From a virus (Duplodnaviria > Caudoviricetes), in IMG/VR virus record IMGVR_UViG_3300043499_000197, positions 1,424 through 65,423 of that record: DNA of 64,000 bases; one strand, written 5' to 3'. A program made the position numbers and the translations under genes. Below are positions 20,291 through 29,434 of this stretch, in pieces (the stretch's first letter is position 1; each line of letters opens with the position of its first letter). Under the pieces are notes generated by a model. That model did not search any database and had not been told where the DNA came from. It saw only the letters and a program-made list of their open reading frames with translations.

Positions 20291-21867
20291 TTGTAATCCT
20301 TCACTGCGTCCAGCAGCACGGTTTGAAGGGATTGGCGATTGCGCAGTGCGGTGTACACGGCGCGCTCGATGGCGGTGGCCTCGATGTTGGCGATCAGCGT
20401 GGTGCGCTGCTGGCCGGGACGCACTGTACGTCCGTTGGCCTGCTGGTAGATGTCGTTGCTGTGGATCGGCGCGTACCAGATCGTGGTCGAGGCCTCGGTC
20501 AGCGTGAGCCCGTGGGACAGGGTGCCGGGGTTGGCCACGATGACGCGCGGGTTCTCGGTGCGCTGGAAGTTGCCGAAGATGACGTCGCGCTGGTGCTTGG
20601 TGACGTCGCCGTAGACCACCTCCACCTCCTCCTGGCCGTACTCGGTGCGCAACTCCTCGGCCACCCACAGGAGGGGTGCCGTGAGCGGCACGAACACCAG
20701 CACCTTGCCCTCGGACTCCTCGATCAGTTCCTTCACCAGCGCCACGCGCGGGTGCGCCGGGATGTGCACCTCGCCCTCGGTGCCGTAGGCCACGCCGCAG
20801 CAGATCTGCAGCAGCTTGGACAGTTTGATGGCGGCGTTGGCGGCGGTGATAGTACCGTTCGCGGCCTCGGTCTTGAAGTTGCGCATCATCTCGTCGAATG
20901 CTTTCTTCTGCTCGGCGGTGAGCGAGGTCTCGCGCGTGACGAACGTGGTCGGCGGCAGGTCGATGCAGTCGCGCGTGGCGAACCGGATCGCCGGCTGCAT
21001 GACGCGCGCCACGGTCTGCGCAGCGCCCGCGCGCGGCACCCACCGGTAGGGGCCGACCTGATGCAGCACCTCGTCGCGGAAAGCCGTGAAGGCGCGCGGC
21101 ACGTTGCGCGGCATGATGAGTTTCACCTGCGCATGGGCGTCGGTGGGCGAGTTGGGCGTCGGCGTGCCCGACATGCCCCAGACCCAGATCTTCGGCGGGC
21201 GCTGCTTCTGCGGGTTGCCGTTCACCAGCGCGTTGAGGAACCGGAAGCGGTCGGTCTGGGCGTTGCGAAAGCTGGCGATCTCGTCGATCAGCACGATGTC
21301 GATCTCGGGCTTCATGCACAGTTGGGCGATGGTCTCGTTGTGCTTGAAGCCGTCGTGGTTGATCAGGTAGATGTCCGCGCTGGTGGCCAGCAGCTTGTGG
21401 CGGCGCTCGCGCGTGCCATGCAGGACAGCGAAGTTCAGGTGCGGGAAGTTCATGTAGATCTCGTCGCCCCAGGCCCGCTCCAGCGTGGACAGCGGCGAGA
21501 TCACCAGCATCTTCCTCACCAGCTTCATCTTCTTCAGGTAGTCGTAGGCCCAGAGCGCCGACAAGGTCTTGCCCGAGCCCAGGCCGTTGAGCACGAACGC
21601 TCTCGGGTTCTGCACCATGAACTCGCTGGTGATCTTCTGGTGCGCGAACGGCTTGTGCCGGCCCGGCCAGTCGTAGTAATAGGCCATCGGGCTGGGCGCG
21701 TCCAGGCCGAGGTTGCGCAAGACGCGCACCTCGTCCAGGCGGTGCGGCACCGACACCAGTGTGTGGCCCTTGTACTGGAAGCCGCGGGCCGAGGGGATCA
21801 GGTTGAGGATTCGTTCGTGGTCGCGCAGGTTGAGGATCAGTTTTTGGTGCTGCGTGGATACCAGCAT
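20287..21867 (-). CDS. SNF2-family (SF2) DNA helicase
   Basis: GLGSGKT Walker A, LIDE Walker B, MSGTP motif III, GLTLT, QANGRTVRPGQ motif VI. Confidence 0.92.
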   Translation of the reverse strand: MLVSTQHQKLILNLRDHERILNLIPSARGFQYKGHTLVSVPHRLDEVRVLRNLGLDAPSPMAYYYDWPGRHKPFAHQKITSEFMVQNPRAFVLNGLGSGKTLSALWAYDYLKKMKLVRKMLVISPLSTLERAWGDEIYMNFPHLNFAVLHGTRERRHKLLATSADIYLINHDGFKHNETIAQLCMKPEIDIVLIDEIASFRNAQTDRFRFLNALVNGNPQKQRPPKIWVWGMSGTPTPNSPTDAHAQVKLIMPRNVPRAFTAFRDEVLHQVGPYRWVPRAGAAQTVARVMQPAIRFATRDCIDLPPTTFVTRETSLTAEQKKAFDEMMRNFKTEAANGTITAANAAIKLSKLLQICCGVAYGTEGEVHIPAHPRVALVKELIEESEGKVLVFVPLTAPLLWVAEELRTEYGQEEVEVVYGDVTKHQRDVIFGNFQRTENPRVIVANPGTLSHGLTLTEASTTIWYAPIHSNDIYQQANGRTVRPGQQRTTLIANIEATAIERAVYTALRNRQSLQTVLLDAVKDYK

Positions 21868-21891
21868 GAGGGTCCTTTGGTGAGGAGAGGA

Positions 21892-22788
21892 TCAAACGGG
21901 GAGGTCGTCGGACTTGGGGACCGCATCGGGCCAGACCCGCACCGCCATGCCGGCGGCCGTCGCGTGGCCGCCGCCACCGTACTTGGCCGCCAGTACCGAG
22001 ACATCGAACTGGTCGTCGCGCGAGCGCAGCGAGAACACGATCGCCTCGTCGCCGCGCAGATACCACGCCGCGACGAACGGCACATTGGGGTAGCGCTCCA
22101 GCATGATGGCGCAGGCATCCGAGGCGAGCGTGTAGGGCAGGTTGACGCACGGCACGCGCTGGCCGTCCAGGTCTTCCCACTGCATGCACAGGTCCAGCAG
22201 TTCGTGGATGTCCTTCAGGTGCTTGCGGTCGATGGCGATGCCGTCCGCCACTTCGCCTTTGATGTTGCGGCTGGCGCTGTTCCACTCGCCGATCTTGTAA
22301 GGCCGGCTGAACAAGCTGGCGTGGAAGGGGCGCGTGTCGGGATAGTGGAACACCCAGCGGTCACGGTCGTCCACCAGCTTGACCATCTCGCTGGGCTCCC
22401 GGTCGGGCCACATGTACTGGGCGGCTAGGTACGCGCCGCAGCGGCTGTCGTCCAGCACGGTCTCCAGGCGCGGGTGCTTGAAGTCCTTGAGCGCGCGGAT
22501 GTTACTGATGTGATGGTCGATCATCAGCACGCTGTACGCCTCGTCGCAGATCACCTGCAGCACCTCGGGCGGGTAGCTGAAGTCCAGGATCACCACCTTG
22601 CGCCCACTGACGTCGGGCGGTGGCTTGCCATAGATGGCGGCGTGGTGGTCCACGCACCAGTCGTCGGGCAGCTTGCCGGGGTTGTCCAGGCCCTCTTGCC
22701 AGTACCAGATGTTGTAGAGCCACGCAGCGGTGAAGCCGTCCGCGCAGTTGCCGTGATAGATGCACAGGGGTTTGGTCAGGTCATTCAT
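21892..22788 (-). CDS. DHH/DHHA1 phosphoesterase
   Basis: IYHGNCADG, ILDFS, IDHH, SLRS, GGGH..AAG motifs. Confidence 0.9.
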   Translation of the reverse strand: MNDLTKPLCIYHGNCADGFTAAWLYNIWYWQEGLDNPGKLPDDWCVDHHAAIYGKPPPDVSGRKVVILDFSYPPEVLQVICDEAYSVLMIDHHISNIRALKDFKHPRLETVLDDSRCGAYLAAQYMWPDREPSEMVKLVDDRDRWVFHYPDTRPFHASLFSRPYKIGEWNSASRNIKGEVADGIAIDRKHLKDIHELLDLCMQWEDLDGQRVPCVNLPYTLASDACAIMLERYPNVPFVAAWYLRGDEAIVFSLRSRDDQFDVSVLAAKYGGGGHATAAGMAVRVWPDAVPKSDDLPV

Positions 22789-23054
22789 GCTCTTCCTATT
22801 TGATTGCCGCCGGGTCCGTCGCGATTGAAGGACTCGTTTTGTTTCTTGCTGATCAGCCGCAGGTTGCCGGGGGCGTTGGTGCCGCCGGCGCTCAGGGCAC
22901 GGGTGTGGTCCAACTGCATGTTGGTCGGCTGGTTGCCGTGTTTCTTTTCATATGCGTAGCGTGCGCGCTGCCGCATGCGCCGCTCCTCGCGCCGCCTGGG
23001 GCTCTCCATGGCTCCCTCGCGCTGGTAATTTCTCTCGGATGCTTTGGTGGGCAT
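22785..23054 (-). CDS. Small HNH endonuclease
   Basis: LDHTRALSAGGTN..GNLRLIS..QN. Confidence 0.8.
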   Translation of the reverse strand: MPTKASERNYQREGAMESPRRREERRMRQRARYAYEKKHGNQPTNMQLDHTRALSAGGTNAPGNLRLISKKQNESFNRDGPGGNQIGRA

Positions 23055-23331
23055 AGCAGTAGTCCTTCAGTTGTTCGAGACTCGTGCACACGAGCCACGA
23101 GCCGCCGCAGTTGGCGATGCCCGCTAACTCGTCCTGTTGGCGCTGGGTCACGCCGCCTTCGTTGCCGGGCCGCTTGGTCTCCACGGCCAGGAAGGTGCCG
23201 CCGGCGCAGATGATGAAGTCGGGCACGCCCACGCGCCCGTGGCGTTCCTTCACCGGCATCAGATACCACCAGTCGAGCCACTTCAACCACGCCTTGACGT
23301 CGTGCTTGACCCAGCCCTCCGGGGTGGTCAT
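22948..23331 (-). CDS. VRR-NUC nuclease (resolvase-like)
   Basis: GVPDFI...FLAVETKRPG...QRQ; start reassigned to ATG 23331. Confidence 0.85.
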   Translation of the reverse strand: MTTPEGWVKHDVKAWLKWLDWWYLMPVKERHGRVGVPDFIICAGGTFLAVETKRPGNEGGVTQRQQDELAGIANCGGSWLVCTSLEQLKDYCYAHQSIREKLPARGSHGEPQAARGAAHAAARTLRI

Positions 23332-23432
23332 AGCATCGCTTGCACGATGATCACGATCACGATCACCACGATGGCGATCGTGATCCACGGGACATAAGGC
23401 GCGTAGTCCCAGTTGTCCTTCTCGTCCTTCAT
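23328..23432 (-). CDS. 34-aa single-pass membrane protein
   Basis: MKDEKDNWDYAPYVPWITIAIVVIVIVIIVQAML; 4-nt overlaps with both neighbours. Confidence 0.6.
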   Translation of the reverse strand: MKDEKDNWDYAPYVPWITIAIVVIVIVIIVQAML

Positions 23433-24109
23433 CGCCGGTGCTCGCCGTGGTAGCCCTGCCAGTGGTCGCACTTGTCGCGCCCGACCGGGCACCAGCCGCA
23501 CAGCCCGCTCGGCTTGACCGGCCAGTCGTTCCTTTCCTGCGCGATCTCCATGCGCTTCACGCGCGGCACGAACTCCTGCCAGATGACGGGCACGTCTTCC
23601 TTCAGGTAGGTCTCGGTGTCGATCCGGTTGTATTCCAGCCAGACGTAGCCGGCCTTGATCTTCTCCAGGAACGGATACATGCCGAAGCCTGCAGCGCTGA
23701 ACAGTTTCAACTGGTCGCTGTCCACCTTCGGCTTGCCGCTCTTCCAGTCCAGCACGACGCCGGTCTTGGGGCCGACGATGGCCACGTCCAGCACGCCGCG
23801 GCACCAGACATCCTTGTCCCAGAAGCCGGTGCGGTTCAGGCTGGGCGTGATGCCGAACTTGATCTCGGCATGCTTCTGGCCGGTGGCCGCGCGCACGCGC
23901 TGCACGATCGGCTCGTACTTCTTGTAGAAGCCCACCATGGGCTCGCCGTTGACGCCGTTCTCCAGCGCCTTGTGGGTGGCCCGGCCTTCGGCCAGTGCCG
24001 GGGTGGTGGGCTCCACGACTTGCTTGCTGACCTTGGTCAGGTAGTGGCGCCACGGGCAGGTCTCGAAGGACTGCAGCGACGACCACGACCAGGGAATGAC
24101 ACTGGGCAT
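23429..24109 (-). CDS. PD-(D/E)xK exonuclease (Cas4/RecB-like)
   Basis: SWSSL..FETCP, RGVLD, LDWKSG, QL..F, CGWCP...C. Confidence 0.88.
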   Translation of the reverse strand: MPSVIPWSWSSLQSFETCPWRHYLTKVSKQVVEPTTPALAEGRATHKALENGVNGEPMVGFYKKYEPIVQRVRAATGQKHAEIKFGITPSLNRTGFWDKDVWCRGVLDVAIVGPKTGVVLDWKSGKPKVDSDQLKLFSAAGFGMYPFLEKIKAGYVWLEYNRIDTETYLKEDVPVIWQEFVPRVKRMEIAQERNDWPVKPSGLCGWCPVGRDKCDHWQGYHGEHRR

Positions 24110-24133
24110 GGGGTGGGTTTCCGGTGGTGTGAG

Positions 24134-24162
24134 TAAACTATTTTACCGCGCATCTATGTCAA
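24134..24162 (-). promoter_or_regulatory. Sigma70-like leftward promoter TTGACA-N16-TAGTTT overlapping the palindromic site
   Basis: Minus strand TTGACATAGATGCGCGGTAAAATAGTTTAC upstream of exonuclease. Confidence 0.6.
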
Positions 24163-24423
24163 AATGGCAGCCGTTGAAGTGGTTGCCATTTCAGCATCCC
24201 TTTGGTGAGGGATTGAAGCCCCCCGATCGTCCGCAGCGGCCGGGGGGTTTTCTTTTGTCGCCCAGTAGGTTTCGTTCCACAGCTTGAACTCCAGCGAGCC
24301 GGACGGCCAGCGGTTGGCCACGAGCCCGTCGCCACTGCGCACGGCCAGCTTGGCTTCGTAGTCGATGAACGCCATGCGCACCGGCCGGTCCAGCAGTTCT
24401 TCCAGCTTCAGGCTGCATGTCAT
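24154..24423 (-). CDS. Hypothetical protein
   Basis: GGAGG SD before ATG 24423; 3' part overlaps regulatory elements. Confidence 0.5.
   Translation of the reverse strand: MTCSLKLEELLDRPVRMAFIDYEAKLAVRSGDGLVANRWPSGSLEFKLWNETYWATKENPPAAADDRGASIPHQRDAEMATTSTAAILT
24216..24256 (+). terminator. GC hairpin with T-tract (intrinsic terminator facing + strand)
   Basis: CCCCCCG...CGGGGGG followed by TTTTCTTTT. Confidence 0.5.
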
Positions 24424-24455
24424 TTCCGCCTCCGGGATGTGACTTGCATAGTCAC

Positions 24456-26423
24456 TTATTTCGCACTCCCGTATCTGTGCGCTACCGCCCCTTCGGACCA
24501 TGTGATCAGTTGTGGCCACCACTTGGGTGCCTTTCTTAGTATGAGTTGAAGATGCGAGAGCAAAGGTTCTGCCTCGCGCTCGGGCACCACGTAGGCGAGT
24601 TCATCGTGCACGCGCAACTTGGGACGCCAGCCGGTGTCCTGGAAATATTCCAGGCTGGCGTCGAACAGTGAGTCTCGCCCCAATGCCTGGACGATATTCT
24701 CGTCGGCTTTGGGGCCGTGGATGCGGGCACGATGGCGCCCGGTGCCATAGAACCAGGAGGTCTTGGGCATGCCATCGGGCCACGTGCCATCGGGCTCCTC
24801 GTGCAGGCCCGGGTAGCGGATCAGCCGCCCCGAGGGCAGCACGAATCCGTCCGAGCAGGTGGACACCAGCCCCCACGGATCGACTTGGCGCTCGACGCCG
24901 CGGTGGATCCAGCCGAGCGCGTCGCTCAGGATGCGCCAGCCGCCGCGCTTGCCGGCGATCTCGGGGTGGTCGGCGCGCCAGTCGTCCACGTGGGTCTGTG
25001 ACTCATCGAGCGTGATGTCCAGCCCGCCGAGGGTCTTGGCCACGCGGATGAACGCCTCGGCGCCGGCGCCGAACCCCAGCCCCAGATTCTTCAGCTTCTC
25101 GATCTGGCGCTGGAACTTGCTCACCTGATCCATCGTGATGCCGTGCGCCAGGGCGCCGCTCGCGCGGTACAGGTCGGCCTTGGCGTCGGCGCGGAAGATC
25201 GCCATCGTGCGCGCCACCATCCACAGGAAGTGGTTGATGCGCACCTCGATGCCGGACTGGTCGGCCACGATGACCACGTAGCCGGGCGGTGCCTGCAAGC
25301 ACAGCCGCAGCGCGTCGCTCACCTTGGGGTGGTCGGGGTCGATGCGCGGCATGTTCTGCGCGTTCATGTTGTCGGTGCCCGAGTCGCGCCCGCTGGTGAC
25401 CGCGCCGCAGTACAGCAGCGGCACCGGCAGCAGCCCCCCAGTGGCGCGCGCCACCTGCTGGAAGGTCGCGAGCCGCGTCTCCAGTTGCGTGCTCTTCACA
25501 TCCAGCCGCACGCGCGCCGCGGTCGCCACGATCGGGTTGTCATGCTCCTGCAAGTCGATGAACGCCTGATCGGTTTTCGCCAGCGCCGGGATCAGCACGC
25601 CGTAGCTGGTGTTGGACGGCTTCATCGGCACCTGCACGCCAAGGCTTTGCAGCAGCTTGGCGAAGCGTGCGCTGCTGGCCAACTCGGAGCGCACGTGCTC
25701 GGCCAGCACGCGCTCGGCAGCCTCTTCATCGGCTGAGCCCCACACGATGTCGTCGGGGATGGCCAGCATCTCGCCCAGCGCGATCAGGTTGTCGTGCTTG
25801 CGGGCGCGCTCCATCTCGGCCGCGCGCTCCAGCATCGGCAGGTCCACCACGAACGCCGGCTCCACGCGCATGCGGATCAGCAGGTCGATCTGCCACAGTT
25901 CCCGGCTGTCGTAGCAGGGCAGCAGGTGGTAGAAGATCTCGCGGCACTGCAGCGTGTCGTCCTCGTTGTAGACGCGCATGCGCGCGATCTCGTCGGGCGT
26001 GAAGTCCACGAGGCGGCGGCCACGGGTCTGGATCAAGATCGTGTTGTCCTTGATACCCAGCCGCAGGTAGGCCACCAGCTTGCCCAGGCCCAGGCCCACC
26101 GTGCGCTTGTAGATCGGGCGCGCCATGGCCATCGAGCAGCCCCACATCTTGGGCCGGATGCCGCAGCGCCACGCCGCGACGTAACTGTCGAAGCCCTCAC
26201 AGTTGTGGGCGATGACGTAGGCGTCGGACCAGTCGATGCTGGCCACCAGGGCGTCGATCTCCTGCTGGCCGATGGCGGTGCGCGCCTCGCCCTTGCGGCC
26301 GATGGCCACGGTGAGCGACTGCAACTCCCAGCGCGGGTCCAGGACGTACGCGGCGGGCGGCATCTTCGACAGGCTGTACTCGGTGGACCAGTAGGTTTCG
26401 AAGTCGATGAACACCAGCTTCAT
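24456..26423 (-). CDS. polA: Family A DNA polymerase with 3'-5' exonuclease
   Basis: FIDFET exo I; ADQSGIEVR motif A; RQIEKLKNLGLGFG motif B; RVHDEL motif C. Confidence 0.93.
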   Translation of the reverse strand: MKLVFIDFETYWSTEYSLSKMPPAAYVLDPRWELQSLTVAIGRKGEARTAIGQQEIDALVASIDWSDAYVIAHNCEGFDSYVAAWRCGIRPKMWGCSMAMARPIYKRTVGLGLGKLVAYLRLGIKDNTILIQTRGRRLVDFTPDEIARMRVYNEDDTLQCREIFYHLLPCYDSRELWQIDLLIRMRVEPAFVVDLPMLERAAEMERARKHDNLIALGEMLAIPDDIVWGSADEEAAERVLAEHVRSELASSARFAKLLQSLGVQVPMKPSNTSYGVLIPALAKTDQAFIDLQEHDNPIVATAARVRLDVKSTQLETRLATFQQVARATGGLLPVPLLYCGAVTSGRDSGTDNMNAQNMPRIDPDHPKVSDALRLCLQAPPGYVVIVADQSGIEVRINHFLWMVARTMAIFRADAKADLYRASGALAHGITMDQVSKFQRQIEKLKNLGLGFGAGAEAFIRVAKTLGGLDITLDESQTHVDDWRADHPEIAGKRGGWRILSDALGWIHRGVERQVDPWGLVSTCSDGFVLPSGRLIRYPGLHEEPDGTWPDGMPKTSWFYGTGRHRARIHGPKADENIVQALGRDSLFDASLEYFQDTGWRPKLRVHDELAYVVPEREAEPLLSHLQLILRKAPKWWPQLITWSEGAVAHRYGSAK

Positions 26424-26524
26424 GAATAGAGCCAGAGGTAGAGGTGCTTGACGATGGCCCAGATCGCGACGCCGATCAGGATGCCGCGCCAGAAGGGCCA
26501 GCTACCGATGTTCGGCAACCGCAC
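26420..26524 (-). CDS. Small membrane protein (34 aa)
   Basis: WPFWRGILIGVAIWAIVKHLYLWLYS; stop overlaps polA ATG. Confidence 0.5.
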   Translation of the reverse strand: MRLPNIGSWPFWRGILIGVAIWAIVKHLYLWLYS

Positions 26525-26714
26525 GGCCAATCCTTCGTTCGAGCACGGCAGCGTACTGGCGCATGTGGAACAACTGGTCGCGCATGTCCTGCTTCTCGTA
26601 CGCATCCAGCGTGTTGAAACTTTCCTTGCGGCCGACCCACGCATCCAACGCATCGATCTTGATCTCCAACAGGTGCAACTCGTCCTCCATGCGGATCACC
26701 TGGGGCTGGGTCAT
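26502..26714 (-). CDS. Small helical protein resembling crAss001_48-related family
   Basis: RMEDE..LL..KI..L...F..L...E...M..QL..M.QY..VLERRI pattern. Confidence 0.65.
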   Translation of the reverse strand: MTQPQVIRMEDELHLLEIKIDALDAWVGRKESFNTLDAYEKQDMRDQLFHMRQYAAVLERRIGRAVAEHR

Positions 26715-26884
26715 GGCTTGTCCTTCTTCGCTTCGACATACTGCTCGTGCTGGTCGATGGCCCGGATCCAGCGTGCGATGTAGTCCTTCAGTTCCTTGCG
26801 GTCCTCGTCGTCGTACAGCACGTCGCCGCTGAAGATCGCCGCGTCGATGCCCTCGCAGTCTTCGTGCAGGAAGTTGCGCTTCAT
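26711..26884 (-). CDS. Hypothetical protein
   Basis: MKRNFLHEDC...; ATGA overlaps at both ends. Confidence 0.65.
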   Translation of the reverse strand: MKRNFLHEDCEGIDAAIFSGDVLYDDEDRKELKDYIARWIRAIDQHEQYVEAKKDKP

Positions 26885-27102
26885 GGCTTGGCTACCTGCT
26901 GCATGTCGTCGCGGTTCAGGTTCACCTCGATGCCGCAGTGCACGCAGACCGCCAGTTCGGGGGAGGTCTCGTTGGTGAGCGGGTCGTACTTCCACTGCCA
27001 CTTGTGGTCGCGCTTCTTCAGGCGGCAGTCCTTGTTGATGTCCCAAGCCTCGGGAGTCATGGCGGCTTGTTCGGACTTGAGCATGGCGGGTTCGATGGTC
27101 AT
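26881..27102 (-). CDS. Hypothetical protein with CxxC
   Basis: MTIEPAM...CVHCG; ATGA overlaps. Confidence 0.65.
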   Translation of the reverse strand: MTIEPAMLKSEQAAMTPEAWDINKDCRLKKRDHKWQWKYDPLTNETSPELAVCVHCGIEVNLNRDDMQQVAKP

Positions 27103-27365
27103 GGGGGTTCCTGTTCGGTAAGCCAATGGGGTTTCTTGAATCGGTCGGTGAAGACATAGCTCTCGGCCTCGTCGGCGTCGATGCGCTCGGCATCGGGCCA
27201 CAGCCGCTGGATCTCTTCGATGTTGTCGGCGTAGGCCACGATCACCGCCTTCTGCAGGTCGGTGTTCGTGTCGAACGAGTAGCCGGTGCACCAGTACGGA
27301 TGCTTGACCGGCCACTCGACGGGCCGGTAGTCCTGTGCGTTGCAGTAAAAGCGGGCGCGGATCAT
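27099..27365 (-). CDS. Hypothetical protein
   Basis: MIRARFY...PYWCTG...FTDRFKKPHW; ATGA overlaps. Confidence 0.7.
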   Translation of the reverse strand: MIRARFYCNAQDYRPVEWPVKHPYWCTGYSFDTNTDLQKAVIVAYADNIEEIQRLWPDAERIDADEAESYVFTDRFKKPHWLTEQEPP

Positions 27366-27553
27366 GATTTCTTTCTTCCTTCCTCGTACTGTTCGCGTTG
27401 GTCCATCGCGTTGTGCACGCAGACGTCGTCGCACTCGGTGTCGGGCCGCGGCTGGCACCAGCAGGTCCAACTCAGGTCGTGCTCGCGCAGGTCGTCGATC
27501 GGCACCACGTGGTAGGGCGTGTTGGGGCGGCGGGTCAAGGCGCACCTCCACAT
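27362..27553 (-). CDS. Small His/Cys metal-binding protein
   Basis: HVVP.DDLREH...CWC.P...VHNAMD. Confidence 0.65.
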   Translation of the reverse strand: MWRCALTRRPNTPYHVVPIDDLREHDLSWTCWCQPRPDTECDDVCVHNAMDQREQYEEGRKKS

Positions 27554-27554
27554 A

Positions 27555-27761
27555 TCAGAGCCAGCACTCCACGATCACCGGGTCATCGGCCGGCGCGCGC
27601 GGCACGCAGGTCAGGCCCTCGGGAAGGGTGTCGCGCACCGCATCCAGCGTGTTGCCGAGGATCACCTCGCCGGTGGGCTGGTCCAGGTCGAACTTGCGCG
27701 CGACCCAGAACTCCGGGAAGTCCTTGGGGTGGTCGTAGATGGTCCAGATCGGCAGGCTCAT
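27555..27761 (-). CDS. Hypothetical protein
   Basis: MSLPIWTIYDHPKDFP...DDPVIVECWL. Confidence 0.7.
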   Translation of the reverse strand: MSLPIWTIYDHPKDFPEFWVARKFDLDQPTGEVILGNTLDAVRDTLPEGLTCVPRAPADDPVIVECWL

Positions 27762-27973
27762 GCTTCGCTCGCGGCCGGCAGCTTGGGCGGCGTCGGGTCG
27801 CCGTTGGAGGTGAACTGGTCCAGGCCCGCGTGCAGGCCGTTGACGATCACCATCTGGAAGGGCACGAGTTCCTCTTGCCGCAGGCACAGCGTGCCGGTCA
27901 GCACGCCGTCGATGCTCACGCCCACGCAGCAGTGCGTGCGCGTCGGGTCGCGGAAGTTGAGGTGGATTTTCAT
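27758..27973 (-). CDS. Hypothetical protein
   Basis: 71-aa ORF, ATGA overlaps, AAGGA SD. Confidence 0.65.
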   Translation of the reverse strand: MKIHLNFRDPTRTHCCVGVSIDGVLTGTLCLRQEELVPFQMVIVNGLHAGLDQFTSNGDPTPPKLPAASEA

Positions 27974-28221
27974 GGGTTTCTTTCCTTCTCGTCGTAAATA
28001 AGTTTGGCCATCTTGTACTGTCCCATGCCCAGCAAAAGATAGGCCTCGGGTCCGGCCTCGCCTTCGCCCATGAAGTGCACCTCCAGCTTGAGGGCATCCA
28101 GCACGATGCAGGCGGCGCGCACCTCGCCGTGCACGTTGTTGTCGATGTCGTCGCAGAGCTTGCGCAGCGTGGCCGAGACATTCTTCAGGTTGGTCTCGCG
28201 CAGCACATGCAGGTCAGCCAT
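27970..28221 (-). CDS. Hypothetical protein
   Basis: MADLHVLRE...; GGAGG SD. Confidence 0.65.
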   Translation of the reverse strand: MADLHVLRETNLKNVSATLRKLCDDIDNNVHGEVRAACIVLDALKLEVHFMGEGEAGPEAYLLLGMGQYKMAKLIYDEKERNP

Positions 28222-28375
28222 CCTGGGTCCCTCCCACCACCAGCTTCTGGTAGTCGGTGAGCGCCTGCTGCGCATCGGCCTTGGCTTGCAGCGATGTCTT
28301 GCCTGAACGGATGGCGGCGATGTAGATCTCTTGCCAGAAGCGGGTCGGCGAGAGCGGTTTGTTTTTCTCGTGCAT
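28214..28375 (-). CDS. Hypothetical protein
   Basis: MHEKNKPLSP...; fills operon gap, TGATG coupling. Confidence 0.6.
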   Translation of the reverse strand: MHEKNKPLSPTRFWQEIYIAAIRSGKTSLQAKADAQQALTDYQKLVVGGTQDG

Positions 28376-28557
28376 CAGTCCACCTCGCTCACGACGGACC
28401 ACCGCTTGCCGCAGGCGCGGCAGTGGTAGTGATAGCGGTCGTAGGCACCATCGAAGGTTTCGTCCGTGGTGAACCAGACCTGCCCCTTGCCGCAGGACTT
28501 GCAGGGCCACGGGTTGCCGGCCGGGCCGTGCGCGTGTTGTTCCTGGTCGTTCGCCAT
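28375..28557 (-). CDS. Zinc-ribbon protein
   Basis: CKSCG...HCRACGKRW. Confidence 0.65.
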   Translation of the reverse strand: MANDQEQHAHGPAGNPWPCKSCGKGQVWFTTDETFDGAYDRYHYHCRACGKRWSVVSEVD

Positions 28558-28997
28558 CAGTACCCCTTCGCGGGGCACTGCCCCATCTTGTCGTGCGAGC
28601 GCATGTCTTGCCCGCAGGCTTGGCACTTGAGCCACTGGTGCTCGGGCTGCGGGTTGGCCGCGAAGTGCAGCGCCACCTCGCGCCCGGCGTCCACCATGCA
28701 GTCGATGATGGCGCGCTGCAGCCGGTTGCGATGCCCGATGGGCACGTGGTCGGCCGCGACCCGGGCGGCCATGTCCACCATCCACTGCGGGGTCTGTTCG
28801 GGCGCTTGCGTGGCTCGTTTTTCCCATTCATCGTACTGACGGCGCAGGTCGGCAATTTGTTCCGCGCTCGGCTCGCTCGGGGCGGCGAGTGCTGCGTCCA
28901 CGATAGCGCGTGCTGTGGGCATGTCTACGATGAAGACTTCAGTTAGGTGGCGCGCAATCGCGCCTCGCCGTGCATCGTCGATCTGGTCGTTGCTCAT
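28557..28997 (-). CDS. Hypothetical protein with C-terminal CxxC
   Basis: MSNDQIDD...; preceded by CCTCACCAAAGGA motif. Confidence 0.65.
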   Translation of the reverse strand: MSNDQIDDARRGAIARHLTEVFIVDMPTARAIVDAALAAPSEPSAEQIADLRRQYDEWEKRATQAPEQTPQWMVDMAARVAADHVPIGHRNRLQRAIIDCMVDAGREVALHFAANPQPEHQWLKCQACGQDMRSHDKMGQCPAKGY

Positions 28998-29434
28998 GAT
29001 CTCTTCCTTTGGTGAGGCTTGAGGGTCTTGACGGTGGTGATGAAGTCGATGTCCTTCAGGCGCGCCAGCCGTTCGTACTTCTCTTCGGTGGTGTGGCCAT
29101 CCCACGTGCCCCAGTAGGGCAGCAGGTCCATGAACGCCATGGCCTGCGAGTCGTGGTAGTGCCAGGACATCTGGCCCACCGGCGTCTCGATGAACACGCA
29201 GTTGTGCCACTCGGCGTCCCAGCCTTCGATCGTGGTCTTCGCAATGCCGGCCGGGAAGATGTGCGCCAGCGCTGCCACCAGCCGGTTGCGCTCGATGTAG
29301 GCATCGCTCTTGGCCTGGAGCAAGTCCTGGCAGTGGGCGCGTCGGCGCTCGATCTCGGCCTCCAAGGCTTCCACCTTCTGGTGCAACATCTCGATCTCGA
29401 CCTTCAAGGCTTCGAGTTCGTACTCATCTTTCAC
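28994..29434 (-). CDS. WDGH-domain protein
   Basis: ERNRL...TPVGQMSWHY...WDGHT. Confidence 0.75.
   Translation of the reverse strand: MKDEYELEALKVEIEMLHQKVEALEAEIERRRAHCQDLLQAKSDAYIERNRLVAALAHIFPAGIAKTTIEGWDAEWHNCVFIETPVGQMSWHYHDSQAMAFMDLLPYWGTWDGHTTEEKYERLARLKDIDFITTVKTLKPHQRKRS

Noticed and set aside
2283-22428. Very long antisense or alternate-frame ORFs (e.g. 5223-8132, 8160-11396, 11538-14969, 14006-16753, 20323-22428)
   Set aside because: Expected shadows of GC3-rich genes; no motifs or start signals
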